From: a virus
Lineage: Duplodnaviria; Caudoviricetes
Reading direction: 5' to 3' (one strand)
Virus record (IMG/VR): IMGVR_UViG_3300025674_000014
Length of the DNA stretch: 64,000 bases
The stretch's first letter is position 1. Each line of letters opens with the position of its first letter. Below the pieces are notes generated by a model that ran no database searches, was not told the origin of the DNA, and saw nothing but the letters and a program-made list of their open reading frames with translations. Positions 7,684 to 15,786 of this stretch are shown piece by piece. Position numbers and translations under genes: made by a program.

Positions 7684-8212
7684 ACAACTTATTAGTAAAG
7701 TAAGCATATCCTTTATAACAAACATCAGCTAGCTTTCTACATACTTTTTGTTTAGTAGTTCTTGTTTCGCCTAAACCATAAAACTGATCAGTAACAAATG
7801 CTTCCCATTCATCTTCATCTTGAACATCATATGAATCTAATTCAACATCAGTAAGTCTACCTTTCTTAAAATGTAAATTAAAAACAAACTTATGAGCTAC
7901 ATTTTCTAAATCTAAGATTGTATTGTATGCTTTAATGTCTGTTGTGCAATCTAATTGTTCATACTCAGATAACTCTATAGTTTCAGCAATAGGTTCAAAA
8001 TTAATCGGATCATTAATTGATGAAAGTTTGTTACTATCTAGCTTATGTAACTTCTTTCTATATATCTCATAAAAGCTCATTGAGTTATCTAAGTCTTTAG
8101 TATGAGCATGAAAGAACTTCTTATCAGCTTCTTTTAAAACTTTAATCTGATCATTATCTAAATCGTGTTTAAGATAAGAGATAGGAATTTTAATTTCATC
8201 GAAGAGACCCAT
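7676..8212 (-). CDS. Conserved phage hypothetical protein (MGLFD...TKDLD type)
   Basis: 178-aa ORF; TATAAT 7 nt upstream of the ATG. Confidence 0.7.
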   Translation of the reverse strand: MGLFDEIKIPISYLKHDLDNDQIKVLKEADKKFFHAHTKDLDNSMSFYEIYRKKLHKLDSNKLSSINDPINFEPIAETIELSEYEQLDCTTDIKAYNTILDLENVAHKFVFNLHFKKGRLTDVELDSYDVQDEDEWEAFVTDQFYGLGETRTTKQKVCRKLADVCYKGYAYFTNKLFS

Positions 8213-8308
8213 ATAACTAATTATAATTATATCCGTTTAATACAAGATGTTTTCAAAATCTTTGACGAATGTCCTTCAAATCTTAATAATTGAAACATAT
8301 ATTAATAT

Positions 8309-8872
8309 GTGAATTACTTAAAATATTGCTTCGACTATTGGAACGTAGGAGGTATAACAAACTGGATTATACTAGGAAGCACTTTCTTTATTACATTATT
8401 CTTAATGAGTAAGAAATACTCTAAAGGCTTTACTAATATTATGATAGGAGTAATTCCGATGCTAGGATTAACAGGTACTGTATTAGGAATGATAGACACA
8501 TTTCAAGCACTACAACTAACGGGAACAGATGTTCAATCCCTATCAGCAGGTATATCAAAGGCCATGATAACGACTGCGACTGGTTTATGTGTTGCAATAT
8601 ATGGTACGTGCTGTCTACCATTGAAGAGTAATCATAATTTTACACCTCAAGAGATTACATTCGAGAATGCTCCCAAGGAAAGTTTAGCCAAAGATCTTGA
8701 GGCACCTCAGCTGAGTAAAAGTCAGGTCGAAACTCTGACCCGGTCTTTAGATATAGAGCAGCAGTTTTATGAAGAATGCCGTTGCATTGAAACTTTGTCG
8801 TCAAGAAGTCGAAAGACTGACCAGAATCAGAAAGATCATCAACTAATAGAACATGCGCGTATGATAGCTTAA
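8309..8872 (+). CDS. MotA/TolQ/ExbB proton-channel family protein (minimal)
   Basis: IPMLGLTGTVLGMI and AMITTATGLCVAI signature helices; the 3' tail overlaps an antisense gene, possibly because of a frameshift near 8609. Confidence 0.85.
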   Translation: MNYLKYCFDYWNVGGITNWIILGSTFFITLFLMSKKYSKGFTNIMIGVIPMLGLTGTVLGMIDTFQALQLTGTDVQSLSAGISKAMITTATGLCVAIYGTCCLPLKSNHNFTPQEITFENAPKESLAKDLEAPQLSKSQVETLTRSLDIEQQFYEECRCIETLSSRSRKTDQNQKDHQLIEHARMIA

Positions 8873-9119
8873 TATGTTGAATGATATTATTATCTAATTC
8901 ATCCATCCATACATTACCTCTTTGTTGTTCAGTGTAAGAAGATAATTGAATATGTCTTACTTCAGGTATTTCTAATTGATAAGATAACATAGTAGCTGGT
9001 ACTGAGCCTCCTCTTGCAATGCCTACAATGCAATCGAAGTCATTACCACTATCTTTAATCTTATCAGCTAACTGATTAGTTAGTGCTTGTATAGCGAGAT
9101 AACTTATGTCCTTCTTCAT
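8655..9119 (-). CDS. Type I phosphoribosyltransferase (xanthine/guanine PRT-like)
   Basis: VGIARGG, PRPP-binding VLLVDDLSDSGQS, C-terminal WLNFPWE. Confidence 0.9.
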   Translation of the reverse strand: MKKDISYLAIQALTNQLADKIKDSGNDFDCIVGIARGGSVPATMLSYQLEIPEVRHIQLSSYTEQQRGNVWMDELDNNIIQHIKLSYAHVLLVDDLSDSGQSFDFLTTKFQCNGILHKTAALYLKTGSEFRPDFYSAEVPQDLWLNFPWEHSRM

Positions 9120-9336
9120 GTAATGATTTTAGTAAATTATCCATAGAAGTCTTTGCAAAATGCTCATCATCTTTACTATTATACAAATAGTCCCAAGCAA
9201 AGAAATAAGCATCGCTTTCTTCTTTTATAAGAGCAGCTTTCATTGTGTTCATAAACAATTGTTCCTGAATTTCAGAAATTTTATTCATTTCACTTCTGAC
9301 TTCAGCCATTATCTTTTTAAACTTCTGCGCATTCAT
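9076..9336 (-). CDS. Hypothetical protein
   Basis: 86-aa ORF in a co-oriented run. Confidence 0.6.
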   Translation of the reverse strand: MNAQKFKKIMAEVRSEMNKISEIQEQLFMNTMKAALIKEESDAYFFAWDYLYNSKDDEHFAKTSMDNLLKSLHEEGHKLSRYTSTN

Positions 9337-9709
9337 ATGTCTGTATAACTTTCTTTTTTGTTCTTTCTAGTTCATCAAACACTTCAAGTTTAGCCCAAAA
9401 ATGTTCATCTCTTTCAAGTACTAGATAATGATTACGAATTTTATTTTCTATCTCATCAACGAACTCTTTAGATACTTCTACCATACCTTCTGGACACATA
9501 CAACGATAATACTTATCATCTACCATAACAAAGTCATTGACAGAGAAAGGTCTGATCTTAGCATCTTTAAATGTAGCGCACCCATGAATAGGTGATTGCC
9601 ATTCTTCTTTCAATTTAGTCCAAAAGTAATCCCAATCACCATTACCAAATCGATTAAATTCGAACGTTTTATACCCCGGGTAAATTATCTTTACTTTATG
9701 TAGTCCCAT
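9317..9709 (-). CDS. Hypothetical protein
   Basis: 130-aa ORF; TAAATA 5 nt upstream. Confidence 0.7.
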   Translation of the reverse strand: MGLHKVKIIYPGYKTFEFNRFGNGDWDYFWTKLKEEWQSPIHGCATFKDAKIRPFSVNDFVMVDDKYYRCMCPEGMVEVSKEFVDEIENKIRNHYLVLERDEHFWAKLEVFDELERTKKKVIQTYECAEV

Positions 9710-9717
9710 ATTAATAT

Positions 9718-10245
9718 TTAACTTAAAAGTGAGTCAATTCTATCTTTAACCATATTGATTATATCTTTCTTCTCACCATAATCAAGATTATCTTCAAAGC
9801 CTTTCCAACCTTCTTCTTTTCTAATATCAGGTACATCCCAATACATAATGTTATGGGGATTGATGTTATGTTTCATCTTAAACTTCTCCATCATTGGATA
9901 ATGCTCTCTATAATTCATACAAATAACAATTTGACTTTCATTAATAAGCTCTGGAGTAAGCTCTTGTTGTTCAGGTTCTATCTCCCAATCTTTTACATCT
10001 TTGCTTGCACAAAACTCATAAGCATCTTTATCCATGACAATATCTTTTTTACTACCATGATTAAAATAACTTAAATACCTAAAATCATTAAGTTCATATT
10101 GCAATCTCCAGGGCTCAAATCCTGCAGATGCACATGATAATCCTTTATTGCAGGCAAGAGCCGCAGCTGTTTTGGAACGCAGAACATTCCCGGTGCATAC
10201 GAAAAGGAACCCTCTCTTTAAATCTCTATTATATTCTATCTTCAT
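9718..10245 (-). CDS. Low-molecular-weight protein tyrosine/arginine phosphatase (ArsC/PtpA fold)
   Basis: P-loop FLFVCTGNVLRS (CX5R), SAG, WDVPD; start moved to ATG 10245, 6 nt after TATAAT at 10252-10257. Confidence 0.85.
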   Translation of the reverse strand: MKIEYNRDLKRGFLFVCTGNVLRSKTAAALACNKGLSCASAGFEPWRLQYELNDFRYLSYFNHGSKKDIVMDKDAYEFCASKDVKDWEIEPEQQELTPELINESQIVICMNYREHYPMMEKFKMKHNINPHNIMYWDVPDIRKEEGWKGFEDNLDYGEKKDIINMVKDRIDSLLS

Positions 10246-10283
10246 ACATACATTATATGAACTATCTAATATAAGACAAGAAA

Positions 10284-10349
10284 AAGCTCTCACGGCTAAT
10301 ATATGATTTGCGATGATATATTATTATGAGGAAGACGCCGTGAGAGCTT
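10284..10349. repeat. 13-bp perfect inverted repeat with a 40-nt loop
   Basis: aagctctcacggc (10284-10296) and gccgtgagagctt (10337-10349). Confidence 0.85.
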
Positions 10350-10362
10350 AAATACTTATGCG

Positions 10363-11028
10363 ATGATATTATTATTTAAACTACCCTCGGACTATATTAC
10401 TATATTAATTACTAGCAGCTTAATTCAAAGAATTAGATTTAAACAAAGAGAAGATTATCAAAAAAATAAAGATAAACGTATTGCATATGCTAAAGAACGA
10501 TATGCTGATCCAGAGATTAGGAAAAAGATAAGAGCTAAAGGTGATGAGTATATGAAAAATTACTCACACGAAAAGAAATTAGCTAACATGAAACGTTATA
10601 GAGAAAATTTAAGAAAAGATCCTAAACGATACGCTGCTTATAAAGAGGCTGCTAGAAAAGAACAGACAGAGAGATGCAAGAAGAAAAGAGAGAACAAAAA
10701 CTCCTTATGGTATAAACGATTAAAATTAAGAGGTGCTGTTTATGCTGCGTTTCGTAATCATGCTAAAGGTCAAAGAGTGGCAATTAAGAAGAATAGTACC
10801 ACAGAAGATTTGTTAGGTTGTTCGTTTAAAGAAGCTGTAAAGCATATAGAGAGTTTATTCATTGAAGGAATGAGCTGGGACAATATGGGTGAATGGCATA
10901 TAGATCATATCAGACCTTGTTCATCTTTTAAAACGGATGAACTACATCTAATGAATCATTACACTAATCTTCAACCGTTATGGGCATCAGATAATATAAG
11001 AAAAGGTAACAAAAATACAACAGTTTAA
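10363..11028 (+). CDS. HNH (endonuclease VII-like) free-standing homing endonuclease
   Basis: LLGCS...GMSWDNMGEWHIDHIRPC...HYTNLQPLWASDNIRKGNK; Lys/Arg-rich N-terminal repeats. Confidence 0.9.
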   Translation: MILLFKLPSDYITILITSSLIQRIRFKQREDYQKNKDKRIAYAKERYADPEIRKKIRAKGDEYMKNYSHEKKLANMKRYRENLRKDPKRYAAYKEAARKEQTERCKKKRENKNSLWYKRLKLRGAVYAAFRNHAKGQRVAIKKNSTTEDLLGCSFKEAVKHIESLFIEGMSWDNMGEWHIDHIRPCSSFKTDELHLMNHYTNLQPLWASDNIRKGNKNTTV

Positions 11029-11061
11029 ATTTGATAATTTTGTAGTAAATAAATTATAATA

Positions 11062-11757
11062 ATGACAGTATTAAATCCAAACAACCCTATTGGGCAAATT
11101 AATATATTTGCTTTACCTAGAAGCGGAGGAACTCTCTTGAATATTTTTCTTAGACGGTTCGTTTGCTTCAAGTGTAGTTTAGTGCATCCGATGATGATTC
11201 ATTCTGATGATGTATCTAATTATGGGCCTCATAATATTATGCTGTTAAGACACCCTTATGGTGTATTTGGATCTATGCTTCATGTTGATAGTATTGACCC
11301 TGTTAACAAAAAGGTAAGAGTCAATCCAAATAACGCTGCTGCAAAATTAAACGATATTAGTAGTATGTATGATAGGTTTTTATCATTATTAGATAATAAT
11401 AAAGATAATAACATCCATGTAAAGTATGAAGACTTTCATGAGAATTATGATTACTTTTTAGAGTTGGTAAAGCATTATAATATTGAAATCAATCAAGATG
11501 ATTTTAATATATTCAAATCAGACTTTGACGTGCATGCAGTAAGAAATGATATATATTCTGATACTAAAAAGGAAAAAGACTTTAGACCTAATCATGTAAG
11601 TAGTGGAAGAGGTAGTAACACAGCTAACATGAAACTTGTGCCTAGCGGTATGCGAGAAGAAGTATCAGAAAGATTAAAGCCATTCTGCGATAAATTAGGT
11701 TATGAAGCATTTTCTTTTGTTGACGTACCTGATGAATTAGCTTACGATTTACATTAA
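11062..11757 (+). CDS. Sulfotransferase-family protein
   Basis: 5'-PSB loop FALPRSGGTLL, 3'-PB LLRHPxxxxxS, VKYEDF. Confidence 0.75.
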   Translation: MTVLNPNNPIGQINIFALPRSGGTLLNIFLRRFVCFKCSLVHPMMIHSDDVSNYGPHNIMLLRHPYGVFGSMLHVDSIDPVNKKVRVNPNNAAAKLNDISSMYDRFLSLLDNNKDNNIHVKYEDFHENYDYFLELVKHYNIEINQDDFNIFKSDFDVHAVRNDIYSDTKKEKDFRPNHVSSGRGSNTANMKLVPSGMREEVSERLKPFCDKLGYEAFSFVDVPDELAYDLH

Positions 11758-11767
11758 ATATAAATAA

Positions 11768-12055
11768 ATGGCTAACACGGGTGATAGTAAAATAGGATTT
11801 AATAATTTAGATAACTTTTTAAAAGCTGCTCCAATATTTGGTATTGGTTTGATTGCTTATTTTCAATCACTCTTTCCATCTAAAGAAGATTTTGATAGAA
11901 TGACCCAATCAATGTATCAAATTGAAAAACAAATTATAGAAATTAAATCACTTCAATCATCAGTAGATATTAATACTAAAGCCATTCAAGATATTCAAAA
12001 ACAACTTCAATCTTTAGAGATACAAATTATTAAAATTAATCAGAACGGAGGTTAA
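11768..12055 (+). CDS. Small membrane-anchored coiled-coil protein
   Basis: One hydrophobic segment followed by heptad repeats; TAAATA upstream. Confidence 0.65.
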   Translation: MANTGDSKIGFNNLDNFLKAAPIFGIGLIAYFQSLFPSKEDFDRMTQSMYQIEKQIIEIKSLQSSVDINTKAIQDIQKQLQSLEIQIIKINQNGG

Positions 12056-12660
12056 GCTCTTTCTTCTTCATCACCTTGTTTACCCCGGGTAAATAAATCT
12101 TGAAATGTCTTTTTACCACGTTGATAAAATTTCATAAATGATGGTATTAAGTCTTTATCTTCAATTTCTTTTCTAAACCCTTTTACAACTTCAAATTGTG
12201 GAAGTAACTTTTGTAAACTATTAATTTCATCGGTACTTAATGCAATGCTTTTAAAAGGTTTTACTTTTTGATAACGCATAGGATGTACTTGATCACCTTT
12301 TACTCTTAAATTATAATAGTCATATGTTAAAGGTTTTTTATTATATTTTTGCTGATATGCTCTGTGTAAACGTCCGTGATAAGCCCCATATGTGTCCCAA
12401 ATTATTTTATTATTTCTTAAAAGTATACCTCTTTTAATTCTTGAACGTTTAAATTCATCAGGTGTACCTATCATTATATTATCTCCTATATCTTCAGCAT
12501 CTTCTTCACCTGGATAAGCATTAGCAGGTTGACCATTTGTACCTTCACTCTTATTAGAACCCATGTTAGTGCTATTAAAAGGCCATTGGCGATACTGAGT
12601 ATAAACCTCACCATCACCTTGGTTGTTAATAGGAGCCATTCTTGGTACTTTCTCTGACAT
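12052..12660 (-). CDS. Hypothetical late protein
   Basis: 202-aa ORF; TAAATA 5 nt upstream. Confidence 0.7.
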   Translation of the reverse strand: MSEKVPRMAPINNQGDGEVYTQYRQWPFNSTNMGSNKSEGTNGQPANAYPGEEDAEDIGDNIMIGTPDEFKRSRIKRGILLRNNKIIWDTYGAYHGRLHRAYQQKYNKKPLTYDYYNLRVKGDQVHPMRYQKVKPFKSIALSTDEINSLQKLLPQFEVVKGFRKEIEDKDLIPSFMKFYQRGKKTFQDLFTRGKQGDEEERA

Positions 12661-12664
12661 TTAA

Positions 12665-13339
12665 TTATTTAGTCTTTATAAAAGGCATTAACCATGTACC
12701 TAAATTATCAGAAGAAGAAGCAAAAGGTTCATCTTTTTCAAACCCGTATTGCTGAACAGCATGACTGATGTTTTCTATTTTTAATTCAACATTCCAATCA
12801 TGAACTATCATACAATCACCTACTTTACAGAATTGAGCATATGTGTTAAACTCTCTTGCTTTGTCACCACCGTCACAAAATATTAGTGACTTAAACTGCG
12901 ATATGTTTTCAGATACATGACGCATAGTACTTTCACTAAAAACATTATCATGAAAGTAATTTATGTAAGGTGAAATATCAGCTAATTTTTCAAACCAATG
13001 ACCACATCCTTCAAGAGTTCTATTTTTCCAATCCTTATCAGGATTAATTTCATATGTATCAAAAAACATATCTTCACACACACCTGCATAATTAGCAAAA
13101 TATGTACTTAGACATCCTTTTTGACTACCGAACTCTACCATATATTGAAATTTGTGATTATCAAAATAATATTCAAACCAAGGAATAGCAAAATAGTTTT
13201 GAGACATTCCCCCTCCAATATATTTTTGATTGATACCTTTTAGTTTTTCAATAGTAAGGGGTTCATCTTTATAAATCCTTTTAGGAATCCTATCATCAGA
13301 AGCTTGAATATTTTGTAGTATATTTTTATCGTATTTCAT
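12665..13339 (-). CDS. Class I SAM-dependent methyltransferase (CmcI/Methyltransf_24-like)
   Basis: VEFGSQKG motif I, IFCDGG, IVHDW. Confidence 0.75.
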   Translation of the reverse strand: MKYDKNILQNIQASDDRIPKRIYKDEPLTIEKLKGINQKYIGGGMSQNYFAIPWFEYYFDNHKFQYMVEFGSQKGCLSTYFANYAGVCEDMFFDTYEINPDKDWKNRTLEGCGHWFEKLADISPYINYFHDNVFSESTMRHVSENISQFKSLIFCDGGDKAREFNTYAQFCKVGDCMIVHDWNVELKIENISHAVQQYGFEKDEPFASSSDNLGTWLMPFIKTK

Positions 13340-13361
13340 ATTATTACATATTATATTTCAT

Positions 13362-14273
13362 TTAACTATTACGACATGTCTGCCATAAAGCTCCATCACC
13401 TCGTCCAATCTTTCGATACAATCCTTCAGCAACTAACTCACGTAATGCTGAATTAGCATACACAACACTTACTTTATATTGACTGCATATCTGATTAACA
13501 TTAACACTATCAAGCTTCTTCTTTTTAAGATCGTTTTTGATAACCTCTTTCTGATTTTTCTTACTAACATATTTGTTCTCTTTAGCAACAACCTTGCTAT
13601 ACATATCATAGCCTGAATGAGTCATCATAAGAGTCAATTCATTAGTAGGTCCAAATCTGTTCTTTGAAAACCAAATACGTCTGGCTTGATCATCTACTTC
13701 AGCATCAATCATGATATTAAGATTAGCATCAACAGTATGAGGAACAAGCGTAGTACCTTTCAGCTTGCCTGCCTTAGTAAGATGCATAATGAAACAAACA
13801 CAGCACTCATTCTCTTGAGCAGCTTTAACTAGCTTCATCAACGCATAACGTTCTTTCTCTAAGCTGTTCATCTTCTTTCTAGTAGTCAAAGCTTGAAAGC
13901 TATCAATAACTAGAAAGTCATTTGTCTTAGTCAGCTTAACAATCTCATCTACATCAGTCTTATTAGCAATCTGAAGCTTAGTACATTGCAATCGTCTACA
14001 AGTCATAGCTAGCTGATATATATTCTCTTCGCCTGAGCAATATCCAACGCTGTATCCGTTCTTTGTAAGACCTTCTAGTAATTGTATCATGAACGTAGTC
14101 TTACCACAGCCAGCTGCAGCAGTCAATGTCATAGTTGAGCCAGGCAAGAAACCTTCATGAAGAAATTCGTCTACTGTTTCGATGCCAGTCATCATACGCC
14201 TGTAGAAGCGCTCTGGAATCTCGATATTCTCTACAGATAAAAGATCAGTCTGATTAAAATTTAATTCTAACAT
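13362..14273 (-). CDS. radA: RadA/Sms-like RecA-family ATPase
   Basis: TGIETVD, Walker A AAAGCGKT, SGEE, Walker B LVIDSFQ, HLTK..G, KNRFG signature; basic HTH-like C-terminus. Confidence 0.85.
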   Translation of the reverse strand: MLELNFNQTDLLSVENIEIPERFYRRMMTGIETVDEFLHEGFLPGSTMTLTAAAGCGKTTFMIQLLEGLTKNGYSVGYCSGEENIYQLAMTCRRLQCTKLQIANKTDVDEIVKLTKTNDFLVIDSFQALTTRKKMNSLEKERYALMKLVKAAQENECCVCFIMHLTKAGKLKGTTLVPHTVDANLNIMIDAEVDDQARRIWFSKNRFGPTNELTLMMTHSGYDMYSKVVAKENKYVSKKNQKEVIKNDLKKKKLDSVNVNQICSQYKVSVVYANSALRELVAEGLYRKIGRGDGALWQTCRNS

Positions 14274-14279
14274 ACAACG

Positions 14280-14308
14280 ATTATATGCTCCTTCCTTATA
14301 TTGATCAA
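14280..14308 (-). promoter_or_regulatory. Sigma70-type early promoter TTGATC-N17-TATAAT, leaderless
   Basis: Reverse complement TTGATC aatataaggaaggagca TATAAT cgttgt ATG. Confidence 0.85.
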
Positions 14309-14335
14309 GGCGGAATATTCCTTAAATAGGAATGA

Positions 14336-15172
14336 ATGAAGACAATTGTAGCAAGTTTGTGTTTAGATGGATCAATGGCTCAGTCTAATAGATATAAGTT
14401 CAGATCTAAGATACTAATAGATTCAACAATGAAGTATACAAACTTCGATGTTCTAATTGTCACTGATGAACCTGAATACTACGAAGAGTATAATGACAAT
14501 CCAAGAGTGTTTATAGAAGATTTTGTTACAAACTTTCCTGATGATAAAACTATGCTTGGAGGTATGTTTAATTTTAATCTTAAAAGATGTCCTATCAAGT
14601 TAGCTTATCAAAAAGATTATGATGTTGTTTTTTATCAAGATTGTGATGGTTTCTTTTCTGGATGGGATCAAGAGAGCTATGAAGATATGCTCAACTCAGA
14701 ATATGAAATATTCTATGCTACATTTTATCCTCACCATACAGTTAATGATCAGCTAAGTAAGCCTCATAATCATCCAAGTACTGGTCCAAGAGTAAAAGCT
14801 ATGGGTGATTTGATCTATCCAGATTTACTTGATGCTGTCTTAGCAGTTGAAACAAAAATGATATACAAAAACTCCTCCAAGATGAAAGACTTAATCGATA
14901 TATGGGATAAGTTTTCTTATAGATGTCAAGAGTTAAACTTAGCTGTTGTACCAGAGAGTTTATTCTTTTGTATGGCCGGTCGTCATGCTAAGATGGAACC
15001 TATAGGGGTAGAAAGAAACCACCCTATAGGTAAGTTGTGTAATACAATACACGGTTGTTGGATAGAGAAAAAGAATGGTATAGAAGACCCAGTTAAGATG
15101 CTAGACTACTTTGGCTTATTAGAAAGAAGATTTAAATCAGAAGAAGATTTAAGACTATTCCTTGACATCTGA
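14336..15172 (+). CDS. GT-A fold glycosyltransferase-like protein
   Basis: VLIVTD, then YDVVFYQDCD (DxD motif); TAAATA 7 nt upstream. Confidence 0.65.
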   Translation: MKTIVASLCLDGSMAQSNRYKFRSKILIDSTMKYTNFDVLIVTDEPEYYEEYNDNPRVFIEDFVTNFPDDKTMLGGMFNFNLKRCPIKLAYQKDYDVVFYQDCDGFFSGWDQESYEDMLNSEYEIFYATFYPHHTVNDQLSKPHNHPSTGPRVKAMGDLIYPDLLDAVLAVETKMIYKNSSKMKDLIDIWDKFSYRCQELNLAVVPESLFFCMAGRHAKMEPIGVERNHPIGKLCNTIHGCWIEKKNGIEDPVKMLDYFGLLERRFKSEEDLRLFLDI

Positions 15173-15334
15173 ATTACCATTGTAGTGTTTACTATTGTTC
15201 ATTTCATCACCTATCTGTTCTTTGATAGCAATTAAACAATCAGTAAAACCTGCATCATAATCGTCCATAGTAGGCCTTCTAAGAATAATTTGCCTATTCA
15301 ACCAATCGTATAATTTAATAGGATTTATACTCAT
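15155..15334 (-). CDS. Small hypothetical protein
   Basis: Start moved to ATG 15334 with GAGGA upstream. Confidence 0.55.
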   Translation of the reverse strand: MSINPIKLYDWLNRQIILRRPTMDDYDAGFTDCLIAIKEQIGDEMNNSKHYNGNSDVKE

Positions 15335-15779
15335 ACCGTCCTCTATTAGAGATGTTCTTTTTTCCGTGGACATTTTTTCTATTCAATACTGGCTTATGAA
15401 TATTTATCAATTCTTGCTCTATAGCTACATATGGATTGATTGATAACTCTTCATTGATAACTAGTTTCTTTTTAGGTATATGGACAAACGTACATAGATC
15501 AGGGTCGCGATGATTACCGTGAAAGATACTATTAACATAATCTCTTACCCGCACGTTAGCTGCACCAGGATGGCTACAATAACATTTCATTCGTTTAATA
15601 AAATGCACTGAACTCTCTCCAATATAAAGAAGTTTATCATCAAAGTAATGAGCATATATTAGATGAGTTTGTTCTTTATATCGCTCGAACACTCTTACTT
15701 TAAGATGATTATGATCATCTTTATAAAAATGAGCTGCTCTCTCAAAGAGCAGCCCGCTTATATATCGTTTTTCGATCAT
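15315..15779 (-). CDS. GIY-YIG nuclease-family protein
   Basis: LIYAH...LLYIGES, R in KRMKCY, E in AIEQELI, N in PVLN; TATAAT-N6-ATG. Confidence 0.75.
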   Translation of the reverse strand: MIEKRYISGLLFERAAHFYKDDHNHLKVRVFERYKEQTHLIYAHYFDDKLLYIGESSVHFIKRMKCYCSHPGAANVRVRDYVNSIFHGNHRDPDLCTFVHIPKKKLVINEELSINPYVAIEQELINIHKPVLNRKNVHGKKNISNRGRYEYKSY

Positions 15780-15786
15780 GCAACTA

